Part shown: in pieces, positions 63,251-64,000 of the stretch
Numbering within the stretch: the stretch's first letter is position 1
How the letters are laid out: every line of letters starts with the position of its first letter
NCBI RefSeq assembly: GCF_030684315.1
Contig: NC_081369.1
Coordinates: 50,885,598 to 50,949,597 of the forward strand
Source of the DNA: Stegostoma tigrinum
Lineage: Eukaryota
DNA length: 64,000 nucleotides
Direction: 5' to 3'
Program-made: the position numbers and the translations under genes
The notes under the pieces: generated by a model
Told to the model about the DNA's origin: nothing
What the model saw: only the letters and a program-made list of their open reading frames with translations
The model's database searches: none

Positions 63251-63339
63251 ATTCAGTATTGGCTCCATTGCCAGCATTGCTGGAATGGCCAAGGATTTTT
63301 TAAAAAATTATTATTTGTAAACAGCTCTTGCTGGTTTGC

Positions 63340-63720
63340 CCTAGCGTGAAGTCTCGCTGATTCATGAAACAGTAAAAGGCACATGTGGGGCAACCTACAG
63401 ATGTCGGCAGGCGTTGCAAAACCCAGAAGCAGTCGAGAGGGTTTCGTGGACGTGTGTATCCAGCACTCTAAAAGCGATTCGCAGTTTCGGCTTCTTTTGC
63501 CTCGCAAAGAAAATGCGGAAACTGCGACGACTTCTGTCTGCAGTTTCTAAAGTGAGTGCGGGGACACGTGTCGTCCGCTTGGGGGAGGGGAGGGAGACCG
63601 TGGAACTAATAATTGCTACACTTCACCTCTTACGTCGCGAATTGTGACGTTCCTCGGCTACTTTGTACATTCGCTTTCTTGTAGTCGGAAGCAAATCCCA
63701 GTTCACAGCCGCATTACTTC
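63340..63720 (+). promoter_or_regulatory. CpG-rich promoter and 5' exon of MTHFSD
   Basis: Abrupt rise in CpG; donor AAA|gtgagt at 63551/63552; acceptor tttcttgtag| at 63684/63685. Confidence 0.65.
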
Positions 63721-63763
63721 TGTTGGCACATGCTTAATATGAAGTAGTTCAGGGGATAAAAAC

Positions 63764-63791
63764 ATGGAGCCTGCAATCGAATTAAAGCCTG
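63764..63791 (+). CDS. MTHFSD: First coding exon of methenyltetrahydrofolate synthetase domain-containing protein (gene continues beyond the window)
   Basis: Strong Kozak aacATGG. Encodes MEPAIELKP(G), then a phase-1 donor g|gtaggg. Resembles the MEP... N-terminus of vertebrate MTHFSD and has the expected position and orientation, head-to-head with FOXC2. Confidence 0.7.
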
Positions 63792-64000
63792 GTAGGGTTG
63801 GTACTTCAACAATGTTTTAAATTTATGCCGACACGTATGGCCATTAAATTATACTCCTTTGAAAGAATGTTGTGATGTACTTAACTGATATAATCCCGAG
63901 CAGATCTCTGGTCTCCTAAATAGGAATTTAATTCTCTGCTACTCCTGGGGCGATTTTAGTGGTAGAGGCATTTAAGCAAGTGGGATGGTGAAGGTTCGGG

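Noticed and set aside
1-64000. CRISPR arrays, rRNA or tRNA genes, prokaryotic systems
   Set aside because: None seen; the DNA is vertebrate, and repeated motifs are explained by retroelement termini.

Overview
Vertebrate genomic DNA, most likely a cartilaginous fish (shark), inferred from the Fox protein sequences and the repeat families. The window holds the core of the conserved FOXF1-MTHFSD-FOXC2-FOXL1 cluster. FOXL1 (14793-16256, -) and FOXC2 (24034-25440, -) are single-exon genes. The promoter and first coding exon of the divergently transcribed MTHFSD appear at the right edge (ATG 63764, +); the ORF track missed this exon. The Fox genes sit in a ~20 kb CpG-rich zone that is almost free of transposons and contains several candidate enhancers. 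The flanks are dense with decayed CR1, Rex1/Babar, RTE-X-like and L1/Tx1 LINEs, DeuSINE- and LF-SINE-like SINEs, Harbinger and hAT relics, and an old Gypsy LTR element with a tRNA-Ser primer site. The most striking structure is a set of Penelope-like (GIY-YIG) retroelements inserted as inverted repeats, from a ~2.9 kb near-perfect palindrome down to a ~220 bp mini-palindrome. They carry minimal hammerhead-ribozyme motifs and share one asymmetric-tail rule, and the three best-preserved have 14-15 bp target-site duplications. Two local templated-duplication scars are also present. All calls were made by eye with no database search; repeat boundaries are approximate.
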